A DNA stretch of 64,000 nt, from the NCBI RefSeq assembly GCF_964194155.1, contig NC_135886.1, positions 81,902,001 through 81,966,000 on the forward strand. The letters run 5' to 3'. The notes beneath the pieces are model-generated. The model was not told the DNA's origin, did no database searches, and saw only the letters and a program-made list of their open reading frames with translations. The position numbers and the translations under genes are program-made. The DNA is from Cetorhinus maximus. Its lineage: Eukaryota. Below are positions 37,026-48,359 of this stretch, one piece after another; the first letter of the stretch is position 1; every line of letters starts with the position of its first letter.

Positions 37026-38218
37026 AATGAAATTTGCATTTTAAGATAGTGGAGAGGTGTTTGGCTTTCAAGGACATGGTAAATAAGGCAGGTTACTAGG
37101 TTGATTTTTCCCAAAAGTGCTGGCCACAATGACAACATAAAAATTTTTTATATTATGTGAAAAGTAAATTCCAAAGACATGTTGGAACAATAGGATTTAC
37201 AGATTAAAGAGGAAGAAATATATTTAAAGAAGGATGGAAAGCTGTGTGTGGGGTTGCCGTGTAATAACTGAAAGCTGCACCGTGTGAAACAGACTTTGGG
37301 GAAAGCCTTTAGCCATTTAGTCTGCTGTGCCAGTAACCAAAGTTTGTTAAAAGCCTTTGGAATTCCATTGTCGAGTGGGTACTTGTGGTAGCTGATTTGT
37401 CTATATAAGTTTGAAATCTATTTTGGACTGTTGACTTAAAGGGAGTGTGTTTTTGGAAGTCTGGTTAACTAGGAATTTTGGGAATCGTTTATATTAAGTA
37501 ACCATGTAATTGTAGTCATGTGTATGTGTTTTATTGTTTTCTTTTGTTATTGTTTTAATTTAATTTTTAAAATCTCTAAAGATGTTAGTGGACTCATCAC
37601 TTCTGAATTCAATGCAGAAATCTCATAATAAATACAAATTGCTAAATCATTGTGATAGCGTATCAAGTTTCCATTGTGGATTTGGTCAGCCTGGCACATA
37701 CCACCTGCCGTTTCATAACACCATTGTTAGCCAATTTAGCCCAGCCGCAGCGCGTTTTGGCTGTGGGGTGGGCTAGCGCTGAGTGAGTCATCTTCTGGCC
37801 AACTTTACTCCTGGGTGGACAAGCAGTCTGCCCCCCAATGAAATTCTGCCCATCGCTCAGAAGCCACCATCAGATTGTTAGTACCATAATTTCAGCAAGT
37901 ATACAGTTCTGCAACTGTATAATGTTAGGCAGTCAATTCAAAGATTTTTATGGCCCCAAAACTGATCACAGCAATTAACCAGAGGCCACATATATACCTC
38001 TTATTTTTTGTAGCAGACCACTTAGTGGTCTCCTGAACCCATAAAAATAGAAAAGCAACTTGTTCCCAGGTATCTTTGGCTCCCAAGCCTGTTACTGTAA
38101 GATAAGTTAGAGCGCCTTGATGAAGATCTTCATTTTGATTCTAATTTTCATATATAATGAGATGTTTGAAATTTTCCTTGGTTATAAATCCATAATTAAA
38201 CTCCTTTTAATTTTGCAG

Positions 38219-38800
38219 CTCCCTCTACGCAACCTGGCAGACCGAGTGAATTTGGGACTAATTCCAAGTTCAGAAGAGGGATGGCCTGTAGCATGCCAAT
38301 TGTTGAGAGAGGATAGAGGAGGAATTTTCCACATTCATCATAATATCAACCTGCATGCTGAGAACCAACATGCACCCTTGGACAGGAAGAATCTTGATGG
38401 AGGTCCTTGTAAAGAACAGCAACACAGTTTAACAATGTTTCCAGCCTCATGGACTGAGAGGGCTAGGAGCAGCTATGATTCTACAACTCCAGCATTCACA
38501 TGTTCATTTAAAAAGGGTGCTACTGAAGAAAGCATGCTCAGCTCGAGGTGCAAGGGGCCAGTAAAGAGGTCAGAAGTTGGAAAAAACTATGGGACAAGTT
38601 ATGAAAAGAGGACATTTACTCATCCAGAATGGCAAGCTTGGGCAGAGTCAGTGGCATTAAGGATTAAGAATTTATTAGAAACTCTCCATGAAATGCCATG
38701 GTGGACAAACATCTTGCATATTGAGCATGTTAAATCTTATGCACCACACATTGATCATGTTGTACTGGACTTGGAATGTAGGCCATGTGATGAGAATTAA
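38219..38800 (+). CDS. TRMT12: TYW2 final coding exon 7
   Basis: LPLRNLADRVNLGLIPSSEEGWPVAC..PEWQAWAES..HVKSYAPHIDHVVLDLECRP, TAA 38798-38800. Acceptor ttttgcag. Spliced CDS totals 1425 nt (474 aa). Confidence 0.97.
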   Translation, partial: LPLRNLADRVNLGLIPSSEEGWPVACQLLREDRGGIFHIHHNINLHAENQHAPLDRKNLDGGPCKEQQHSLTMFPASWTERARSSYDSTTPAFTCSFKKGATEESMLSSRCKGPVKRSEVGKNYGTSYEKRTFTHPEWQAWAESVALRIKNLLETLHEMPWWTNILHIEHVKSYAPHIDHVVLDLECRPCDEN

Positions 38801-39759
38801 TATCCTGAAAGTGCTGGTCTTTTCACGCTCAGATACTAATATACGAAGGTTGAGGATCTGAAAATATCTGCTCATGTATTTATCCATGTTATAAAGGTGT
38901 TTTAAACAGCCTTCAACCTCTTAAAAACAAAACAGTAAATCTCACTGTGTTGTGATGTGGTTCACATCTGTAATGAGTACGCAACGGCAGAGGTCTGGGA
39001 GCATGTTACTTCTCATAAGAAGCATCCTGCTGGTGCTGTTATAATTTGCCTTCAACTGAATCAACCAGGGGATAGATCAGATTTATTTCTAAGCCTGCCA
39101 ACCAATGACATATTAGTCTGGATTCAAGATAGGGAAGAAAAACAAAAACAAAGACATTAAGTAAATTGAATCGCACACATTATTTTGTTAACAAGTAAAG
39201 ATCTTTTGATTATCCCAAGCAATGTTTGGGTATTCAAACAAATATCCTTATGTCTTTCAAACCATTAAATTGAGAAAAATTGTTAAACTTTGAAAATGGC
39301 AGTGATTATTAGTTACCACTCTGGTGCTGTTTCGAATCCTGAATGCCAAGATGTGATGATTCATGCTTAATCTTGGACTTCTGTGTCTGTCTTTGTACTC
39401 ACTCCTTAGTTATGTCACCTCCTCTTTCACACTGTGCCTCACATTCACAAAGATGGCTAGCTGCTCCACTTCATGTCCATCTGTTTGCTGGATTTTCCTA
39501 TTTTTCCTTCTCTGCAAGTCTAAGTTGTAGTTGTGAGGCTGCTGACTTCTCTCCAGTCTCCCTTAAACTCACTTTATTGCTGCTATCAACCAAGATTGCT
39601 GAAGTTTTGCTAAACTAGAAGGAAAAAAAGCAGCTAACTGTAATCAGCCCAGCCTCAGTCTCTCATATACATGCATAGCAGACATGAGAAGAATAGAAAA
39701 TCCTGTCACAATTAAATATCTTTGTATAATTACATGCTGCACTTTGTATAATTATTAGT

Positions 39760-42700
39760 AGGATTATATAGGATATGTAGCATAGGAACAGGCCATCGAT
39801 CTAATCTGTCCATGCCAGCATTTATGCTGCACTCGAGCCTCCCATATTTTTCATCTAAGGTTATCAGAGTAACTCTCTATAGTCTTCTCCCATATGCTTG
39901 TCTAGCCTGCTCTTAAATGCATCTATACTATTTACTTCAACCACTCCCAATGGTAGCAAGTTCCACATTCTCGCCACTCTTTGGGTAAAGAAGTTTCTTC
40001 TGAATTCTCTATTGGATTTCTTGGTGACTTTTATATTGTTAGCATCTGGTTATGTTCTTCCCCAGAAGTGGAAACATTCTCTGTATCCACTTTATCGAAA
40101 TCTTTCATAATTTTATAGACCTCCATTAGGTCATTCCTCAGCTTTCTTTTTTAAGAGAAAAGAGACCCAGCCTGTTCATCCTTTCCTGAGATGTATACCT
40201 CACATTTCAGGTATCATCCTTGAAAATCTTCTTTGCATCCTCCCCAATACCTCTGTATCTTTTTCATAATATGGCGACCAGAACTGCATGCAATACAAGT
40301 ACTCTAAGTGTGGTCTAACCAAGATTCTACACTGGTTAATCAGTACTTCACTACTTTTTAATCCTGCCCCTCTGAAAATAAACCCTAATGCTTGGTTTGC
40401 TTTTCCTTTGGCCTTGCTAAACTGTGGGGCAACTTTTAGTGATCAGTCTATTTGCACTCCAACATCCCTTTGTTTCTCTATCCTACCTTGATTTGTACCG
40501 TCCAAATACAGGGAGTCCTCGTTTAAAGTTGTTGAGTTCCTTGAAAATCACAACTTTAAGTGAAACGGCTTTAAGCAAATCATATTTTCCCATTAAAACC
40601 AATGTTAAAGCTGTAGTTAGATTTTGTAGGTCCTCCCTCATCAGAAAAAAGTTAAAATGTTATATCCTGTAAGTTGAAATGCTTACTTTGCTAAATTCCT
40701 GTATTGTTAAATGAAATAACTTTTCAAATAAAATAAATTTTAAAATATAAAAGAAATATGGTAACTTTCTACTTACAGTACCTCCTGCTCACTGCCGAAC
40801 CTGCTCACCACTAATCCTGTTTCCCTAACCACCCGCTCGTCACCCAACCCTTCTGGTTGCTGGGGACCCTTCTTCTCGCCGGCCTTTTGACTTGTGGACT
40901 TTGTCGCTTCCTAAACCATCCTCTCGCCGAACCTCCCATTCCCCAACTCCCGCTGCTTTCCTCTCCTCGACCTGCGTTCCCATTCAAGGTCCAGATCGAA
41001 ATCTGATCAAAAGTCAGCGCACGGGGTCCTGACAATGCAGAAGTGCCAAGCTGGGGCTGTGTGAGCGAGGGCTGTGGAGATGAGTGACGAGAGGCAAGAG
41101 CAGTAGCTTTAACTTAAGTGTTTGTTTTAAATCACTTTTTTAAAATTCCATCGCGGATTTAGCCTCAATTATCAAAAGGAGGAAGATGCTTTGCACTGGG
41201 CTTGTGTTTCCGAGTTGTGACCCTGGAAATAAGTAGATGGGATGGCGCTAGGACTCTGGGGCGTGACTGCAGTGAGGAGTGGTGGAAATGTATGCAGCAG
41301 ACAGCGATGATAGTGCATGAGTAAACTCGTTTCTGGTTTCACGTACTATTGTATGCATTTTTAAAAAACACTTTGATTATACAGCCTCAGCTGGGCGCTC
41401 CTGCACTGTTGGGACCTGTACTTCCACAACCCCAGAGCTCCGGCTTTGGATCGGATCTGGACCTGGACCTTGAATGGGAACGCAGGTTCAGGAGAGGGAA
41501 GCAGTGAGTGGGAGATTGGCGAGAGGCTGAGTTATGGAGCAACAGGGGATGCAAGTCGGAAGGTCAGTAGCAAGAGGGTGAGCTAGGGACGAGGAGAGGC
41601 CACTCCAAAATGGCACCAATCAGATCAGGGGGCTCTACCGGTACCAAACGACTTTAAAACAAATCTCACAACACTAAATGAGAATACAGGCCCCATTAAC
41701 TGAATGACTGAACAATATTAGACAGGGCATCATTAAACGAGGGCTTACTTCAATAAATGACCTCCCTATTCTTCCTACCAAAATGTACGACCTCACATTT
41801 ATCTTTGTTGAGCTTCATTTGCCAATTATTTGCCCATTTTGCAAGAGTCCATCTGTAATTTGTTGCAGACCTCCTCAGTATTGACTCCAATTTGGTGCCA
41901 TCTACAAAGTTAGAAATTGTGCTTTTGATTCCAAAATCAAAATAATGTGATTTGTGAACACCAGTGGTCTCAGCACTGATCCTTGTGGAATACTAGTTAA
42001 CATCCTCTGGCACCGTGAATAAGTACCCTTTACTCCTACTCTGCTTTCTGTCTTGAAGCCAGCTAACAAATCATTCTGCCAGGTGTCCCTGACTCCATGT
42101 TATATGACCTTTTTCATTAATTTATTGTGGGCACATTATTGCAGGCTTTTGAAAATCCAGATAAACCACTTATACTGTATTACCATTGTCTACTCTCTGT
42201 CAGCTCAAAAAATGCAGTAAGGCTGGTCAAGCAAGATCTTCCTTTTTGAAATCCATGCTGACATCATTATTATATTTTTCATTTCTACATATTCTATTCT
42301 CTCCTTTAGAAGGGATTTCATTACAGTATTTTTCATACCACCTATTTTAAGTCAACTAGTCTATAATTCCCTGGATGTGTTCTATGCCCCTTCTCAAGTA
42401 CAGGTATTATGTTAGCTATCCACTAGTCCACTGACACTACACCTTTTTTAATGAGTTATTAAATAAGTGTAGTACTGCCATTGCTGACTCTTGCCTATAT
42501 TTTTTTTAAATGTATGGGTGCAATCGCTCCAGACCAGCAGTTTACCTGCTTTGAGTTTGATTAATTTATTCAATATATCCTTTTTTTATTTTAAAGGCAA
42601 TTATTACTCATTTCATTATCATCTCCTCATCCAGTGTCATGTCCACATGCTCCCTTCCCCCAGTGAATACCAAAGTGAAATAATTATCTAATATTTCTGC

Positions 42701-43105
42701 CACTTTTCTATTGTTACCTGTGGCATTATCTTGTCTACCCCTTCATGGCCCTATTCCCATCCCAGCCTTCCTTTTTTATTGATGTGTCTAAAATATTTTG
42801 CTATAATGTTTTATGTCCCTTGATCATTTAATTTCATAGTTCCTTTTTACCTTCCCAATTGATTTTTTGACTTACCTCCTAATCACCTCATTTTCTCTCT
42901 CTTTGTACACTCCTCTGGTATATTTGTGTATGTCTTTCCTGAGCCCCAATCGTTCCCTTAAGGCTTTATTTATCCATGGAGTCTCATTAGTGTTCAGTTT
43001 GTTCTTTTAGCAGAATATATTTTTCCTACACTCTGTTGAACACCGTTATAAATATTTCCCACTGTTGTTCTACATCATTGTCCGCCAACAATGATACATC
43101 ACTTA
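39760..43105 (-). mobile_element. Old, highly decayed CR1 LINE, split by a DNA element
   Basis: 3' UTR-like start (ggaacaggccatc..), gaccagaactgca, cagcactgatccttgtggaa and aatccatgctgac parallel the CR1 at 8678-10050. Confidence 0.7.
40509..41750. mobile_element. Tc1/pogo (Tigger-like) non-autonomous element
   Basis: TA|CAGGGAGTCCTCGTTTAA at left and TTAAACGAGGGCTTACT at right. Interrupts the CR1 and has internal inverted arms. Confidence 0.55.
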
Positions 43106-43822
43106 ACCATGGTGTGCAAATGACCTCCTGTTCCTGAGGCCTTTTCAAACATTTTTCGAAGTATCGAAGGCAACACAGCAGCACCCCCTCCACATACACA
43201 GGACATGGACACCCACTCTTCCCATCTACTTTATGCAAAGGATTATGCCAGGTTTGATGCCAGTGACATAGATCATATCTCCCTGCGACGCCTGATCAAA
43301 TCAACATGTTGCTTCAGTTGTTCGTAATAAACAGAATACAGAACATACTCAACCAGCCCGCACTTGCAAAACCCAAAACAAAACACCTGCTCTTAAGATA
43401 TGATTCTGCACTTGGGCAGCACTTGCTGAACAATCCTGAGTCCTCTAATGGCTCTAATTAACCAATCTTAAGTTAATCAGTCAAGCTTGTATTATGGCTT
43501 ATTTACACTTGCTAGAAGTGACATACATCCATATGCAGGGACCTATTCTCTGCAAACAAAAGGGGCATGTCCAAGCCTTGCACCTTTAAAAAAATTATTT
43601 GGGAGCTTGGGACCTATAGTACCCTGTTGCTTTCTCCATGACATAGTGGTGGCCAATCAGAGTTGACTTGCCAACAAATCAGCACCCTTCTCTATAAACT
43701 ATTGAGATTGTTTGAAATTTGGCATTCTTGAGTTTGTCCTCATGAATACAATACAAAAAGCTTCACAACATGTCTCTTCACCAATATTCGAGTTAAGTAT
43801 TGCTGAATAAAAGAGACATTTT

Positions 43823-43856
43823 TGTCAAAGCTTTTCACCTTGCACTCATCAGGACA
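43823..43856 (-). ncRNA. Minimal type I hammerhead motif
   Basis: TGTC-CTGATGA-GTGCAAGGT-GAAA-AGCT-TT-GACA on the minus strand. Confidence 0.6.
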
Positions 43857-44576
43857 TTTCACAAGAATACAAATCCAAGGGAGACAACAAATTTATACTG
43901 TATGAGAAGAGAGTGCTGATTGTTTGGCAAATGGACTCTGCCTAGCACACAAATGAGTAATGTGTATATGAATTTCAGTATCAGTGTGATGCTAAGTATG
44001 TAGGCCATCCATCCCAAAGTCGTGAATTGTATCAAACAGCATGATGTCTTCTGCTATTCGCAATGGGCAAGGTACAGATCGTACCCAACCAGCCCGTCCT
44101 TGCAAAACTCAAAACACTGTGTCCAACATCAGATGTGATTCCGTGATTGGACAACATTTGCTAAATAATTCTCAGTGTGCTAAGAATTATGCTGACAACC
44201 AATTTAAGATTGTCAGCCAGGCTCGCAGTTTGGCGCATTTGCATGTACTGGAAGCTACATATTATACATTAATACACAGGGCCTGGTTTTTTGCAGACAA
44301 AAAGAACATGTACACACATTGCACCTGTTTCAGCTAAACAAAATAAGTGACAGCCATTTGTTGGTTCATTCTTCAGGGCAATGCCTTGACCAATCAGAGT
44401 CAATCTGCCTGGTTTAAATTTCAAGCTATGCTTGGCAGTTAATTGTCAGTCGCCATCAACTGTTGCATGCTCCATGGCAAAGCCTCCACCAATCAGAGTC
44501 CACTTGTCAACCAATCAGCACTTTTTTCTCATACAATATAAATTTGTTGTCTCCCTTGGATTTGTATTCTTGCGAA

Positions 44577-44612
44577 ATGTCCTGATGAGTGCAAGATGAA
44601 AAGCTTTGACAT
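44577..44612 (+). ncRNA. Minimal type I hammerhead motif
   Basis: ATGTC-CTGATGA-GTGCAAGAT-GAAA-AGCT-TT-GACAT. Canonical core, 5-bp helix I, palindromic AAGCTT helix III. Confidence 0.68.
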
Positions 44613-44699
44613 AAAATTTTTTCAGTAATACTCAAGTTCTGTACAACCAAATGACTGTTAATATTCAAGTTCTGCAAATTCGATTTAGTTACGAATAAA

Positions 44700-44925
44700 T
44701 TTAATCAGGAAATAGGAGAAATTTTTCCAACAGTGATTAGAATGTCTCTATCACAAGAAGTGGTGGAGGCAAATGACGTAGATGCTTTCAAAAGGGAAAT
44801 AGAGAAAAGGGAATAGAAAGGTATACTGAAATATTGAGATAGAGTTGGAATAGGAAGACATTGGTGTGGAGTATAAATACTAGCACAAATTAGTTGGGTC
44901 AAATGGCTTGTTTCTGTGCTATATA
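44700..44925 (+). mobile_element. Decayed CR1 3' end
   Basis: gtggtggaggcaaat..ttcaaaagggaa..gttgggtcaaatggcttgtttctgtgct resembles a CR1 3' terminus. Confidence 0.5.
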
Positions 44926-45109
44926 TGGATCAAATTCAGGTTGACTGTAGAACCTCAACTGATAACTCCTTTCAAAGGTACCATTTTCAAAATCTGTAAA
45001 ATCTACATTCACTTTCTGGGCCTGTGGTTTGCCCTGCAAGAAGCACTTTCTCCCACAGGTGGCAATGTTCTGATTGTTTGTGCTTTAGTTGCATCTAACC
45101 CAATTCTTT

Positions 45110-45933
45110 GATAAAAGCAAAAAAACTGCGGATGCTGGAATTCCAAAACAAAAACAAACATACCTGGAAAAACTCAGCAGGTCTGGCAGCATCTGCGGAG
45201 AGAAGCACAGTTAACGTTTTGAGTCTGAATGACCCTTCAACAGAACTAAGTAAAAATAAAGAAGAGGTGAAATATAAGCTGGTTTAAAGGGTGGGGGGGG
45301 GGGGTAGAGCTGGATAGAGGGCCAGTGATAGGTGGAGATAACCAAAAGATGTCACAGACAAAAGGACAAAGAGGTGTTGAAGGTGGTGATATTATCTGAG
45401 GTACGTGCTAATTAAGGGTTTCCGGACTGAATATTGAGTTCAACAATTTTAGATCATGAACTCTCTCCTCCATCCCCACCCCCTTTCCGATTCTCCCCCC
45501 CCCCCCCACCCCTTTTTCCCAATAATTTATATAGATTTTTCTTTTCCAACCTACTTCCATTATTTTTAAATGTATTTCCATCCATAGTTTAACTCTACCT
45601 TTTAGCCTTTTTTGATTCCTTCACCCCACCCCACCCCCACTAGGGCTATCTGTACCTTGCTTGTCCTGCTTTCTACCCTTAATTAGCACATTCCTCAGAT
45701 AATATCACCACCTTCAACACCTCTTTGTCCTTTTGTCTGTGACATCTTTTGGTTATCTCCACCTATCACTGGCCCTCTATCCAGCTCTACCCCCCCCCCC
45801 CCCACCTTTAAACCAGCTTATATTTCACCTCTTTTTTATTTTTACTTAGTTCTGTTGAAGGGTCATTCAGACTCAAAACGTTAACTGTGCTCCTCTCCGC
45901 AGATGCTGCCAGACCTGCTGAGTTTTGTTTTTG
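45110..45933 (+). mobile_element. Penelope-like element (family A) 3' end with inverted pLTR, 14-bp TSD
   Basis: Arms ~45170-45419 and 45675-45925 are near-perfect reverse complements. 45421-45459 encodes SGLNIEFNNFRS* (PLE GIY-YIG C-terminus). TSD taacccaattcttt at 45096-45109 and 45934-45947. Confidence 0.85.
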
Positions 45934-46399
45934 TAACCCAATTCTTTCCTCTCCACTTATCGTGTTCACTCCTTGTTACGGTAGTTTCATGAGTGCTGGT
46001 CACACCCTTACCTACTGTTCATAGAAAATTTACGACAAAGAAGGATGCCATTCAGCCATCCCATCTGTGCCGGCCGATAAAATCCTAATGCCATTTTCCA
46101 GCTCTTGGACCATACACTTGTGCATTCTAGCACTTCAAACTTTGTTCATGTCTGTCAGCAGGTTATAACCTGAATATATTCAATCGAGGGGTGGGGACAC
46201 ACATCACAGCCCAGGACTACCTGTCCTCACCAGATAAGAGACATTCTCCAGCACTAGTGAGAACTCCTGACTAATTGAACCCATTAGTCTGGACTGCATC
46301 GACTAGCACAGATTGAAGAATCAAATCTGGAGGTTTGGTGAGCTGCGTGGCTCAGCTATTTCCCAGACTGGAGGGTTGTTGGGGATTATGCCAAGAATG

Positions 46400-46575
46400 G
46401 ACTGGAGACAGTTCCGCCCCCAGGTGGCTGGTTTACTTTGTTGAACCTCCAGCTGATAAGTTTTTTAAACTTTCGCTTCCGGAACCAGCGGAAGAAACCA
46501 GAAATCCAAGCGAAAGGATCCGAAAAATCCTTCCCGAGCGAGTGTTTTGGTTGTGCCCTGTACTCTAAAGTAAGT
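46400..46575 (+). promoter_or_regulatory. Candidate promoter and first exon of an unidentified gene
   Basis: Non-repetitive CpG patch, GC box TCCGCCCCC ~46412, ETS-like CTTCCGGAA and GCGGAAG 46476-46494, consensus donor AAA|GTAAGT at 46570. Confidence 0.5.
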
Positions 46576-48359
46576 CAAACTTCTTTAAAATGACGGATTG
46601 TGCAGCGTGTACATTTATTGTGATGAGACCTGTCCTCAATCTATCTGAACTGGACACACGGTCATTCTCAGGATCTGTTGAAACAACAGAATCAATTTTC
46701 AAACTTCTTTTTAATTTAATTTTTCAACGCGACAGCGGCTGAAAAGTTCCACAGGGTCGTTTCTGCTAGAAAACTTCACAACCTGGATTGTAGATTTGGT
46801 TCATTCAGATGGTAAGAAGGTAAAGACGTTTTTTGATGTCAGGAAATGATCCGTATATAATTGGGAGAGCGGCAGTCACGTTGACACAGACATAAAGCGA
46901 TAATGTGGAATCATGTGAGACCCTCAGTGTTTTGCGGAAGGAGCAATCTGTAATGTCAAGGCATTTGCACCACGGGTGCGGTGCCCAGCTATGTCCCGAC
47001 GTCTGTGTTAACCCACCTCCCAAGCGAGATTTTCCAGTGTCTCATTCTGATAATAGTGATCCACTATTTTGATGTGTGGATATGTGACTGTCAAGAAATT
47101 TCAGTAGTTTCACGAATAAACAACATCTTTTTGTTTCTGATGTTCTGATGGGTAAATAATGACATTTCTCGCATTAACATCGAAAGCAAAAACATATGGG
47201 GAGAGGATGAGTTTGATTGGGCATCATCTCACTGACATTCAGGACGAGTACGAGTTAAATGATACAATAAGTTCCATAAGGAGAAGGCTGGGTGAATTGC
47301 AAAGATTGGAGTTTAACCGCGTTAGAAGAGTAGAGAGAGAATACACGAAAGCTTAGGAAATGGGAGAAAAACACAGGAGCAAGAATTCCTTCTAATTATT
47401 GTGAAGGGATTCGGAATTCAAGGATGGCACCAACTTTGAGCTAATGACAAAATTAGGAATTGGAATGTGAAACGGTTTTATTGTTAAAGAAAAAACATGT
47501 TTTAGATTCCACTTAAATATTCTGAATGAAATATTTACAGTTTTTTCTAACTTTTTTATAATTATGCATTTTTTAAGTGGTTGTGTTGTATCCTGTATCC
47601 AGCTGTGTCTGCAAAGTGAGGGATGTTATTGCTGGAGATTGGAACACTTGAATTGCATCAAGTGAAGGCCCATAGACCAGATTCAAAAGAATAAAAGAGA
47701 TAACAAGATAAATTAGGAACTGCTGATTAGATAACGCCCAGCTTGGGCTTTAAAGACCTGAAAATTGAAGGAGTTGACCAATCGCCATTTGTTAAACTTT
47801 GGTTAGTTGAGGTTCATTTTCTACCGACCCATCAATGTGTCCTAACTCCCACGTTGGAAAAGCAACCTTTTATTGTGATAACTGCCCTGCTGCCCCTCTG
47901 TGTCAGGTTTGTGCTGTGAACCCCTGCCTGCTAGAAATCAGATTAAGACCGTCCCAAATTATTTCACATGGACCTTTACAGCAGCTGTAAAGGAAAATCA
48001 TCTCATCAATCCAAGCTGAATTCAATCCAAGGTCTAAAAAGTGAATCACAGAAATTAGGAGACGATTTGACTCATCAAGGCTGTATCAGTATTAACTTTT
48101 CCATTGGCGTTACTTACTATGTTTGCATTTTCCTCCTTTTCTCCCCATTCATTCATGTGTGCTCTCCCCAAAGGCTCATTGTCTGCTGATGCTTCATCCT
48201 GAACTGTTTTCTTGGCAGCTTTTGCCATTGCCTTTCACTCTGAGGCAGGTCCCAAGTCTACCTCAGCCAGAACAGGAATCAAACCCATACTGATTGTATA
48301 ATTCTGAACTATACGCTAGCCACATAGCCAACTGCACTAACTGGCCCCAGCTTTTTCCC

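Larger units (their letters stand above)
35876..37720 (+). mobile_element. Solo LTR interrupted by a SINE
   Basis: TGTCA...CATAACA termini. Collinear similarity to the LTR at 62497-63381. Confidence 0.7.
35282..37851. mobile_element. Harbinger-type non-autonomous element (related to 49016-49788) hosting LTR, SINE and MITE
   Basis: Right end GAAATTCTGCCC, degenerate left end, flanks ATC/ATC. 35700-35875 aligns with the reverse complement of 49140-49300. Confidence 0.55.
43230..44655 (+). mobile_element. Penelope-like element cluster (family B): two GIY-YIG 3' fragments with pLTRs and one inverted pLTR
   Basis: ORF 44041-44337 CDSVIGQHLLNN..CAKNY..FKIVSQARS..HLHVLEATY (GIY-YIG C-terminal part), preceded by a decayed YEFQ..CDAKYVG motif. 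43797-43940 is the reverse complement of 44495-44632. Confidence 0.82.

Noticed and set aside
38117-38218. N-terminal hydrophobic extension of the 227-aa ORF (signal peptide-like)
   Set aside because: Translation of the intron's T-rich acceptor region. The exon starts at 38219.
47159-47356. 65-aa ORF with coiled-coil-like composition near the candidate promoter
   Set aside because: No recognisable homology, no convincing splice context, and its length is compatible with chance.
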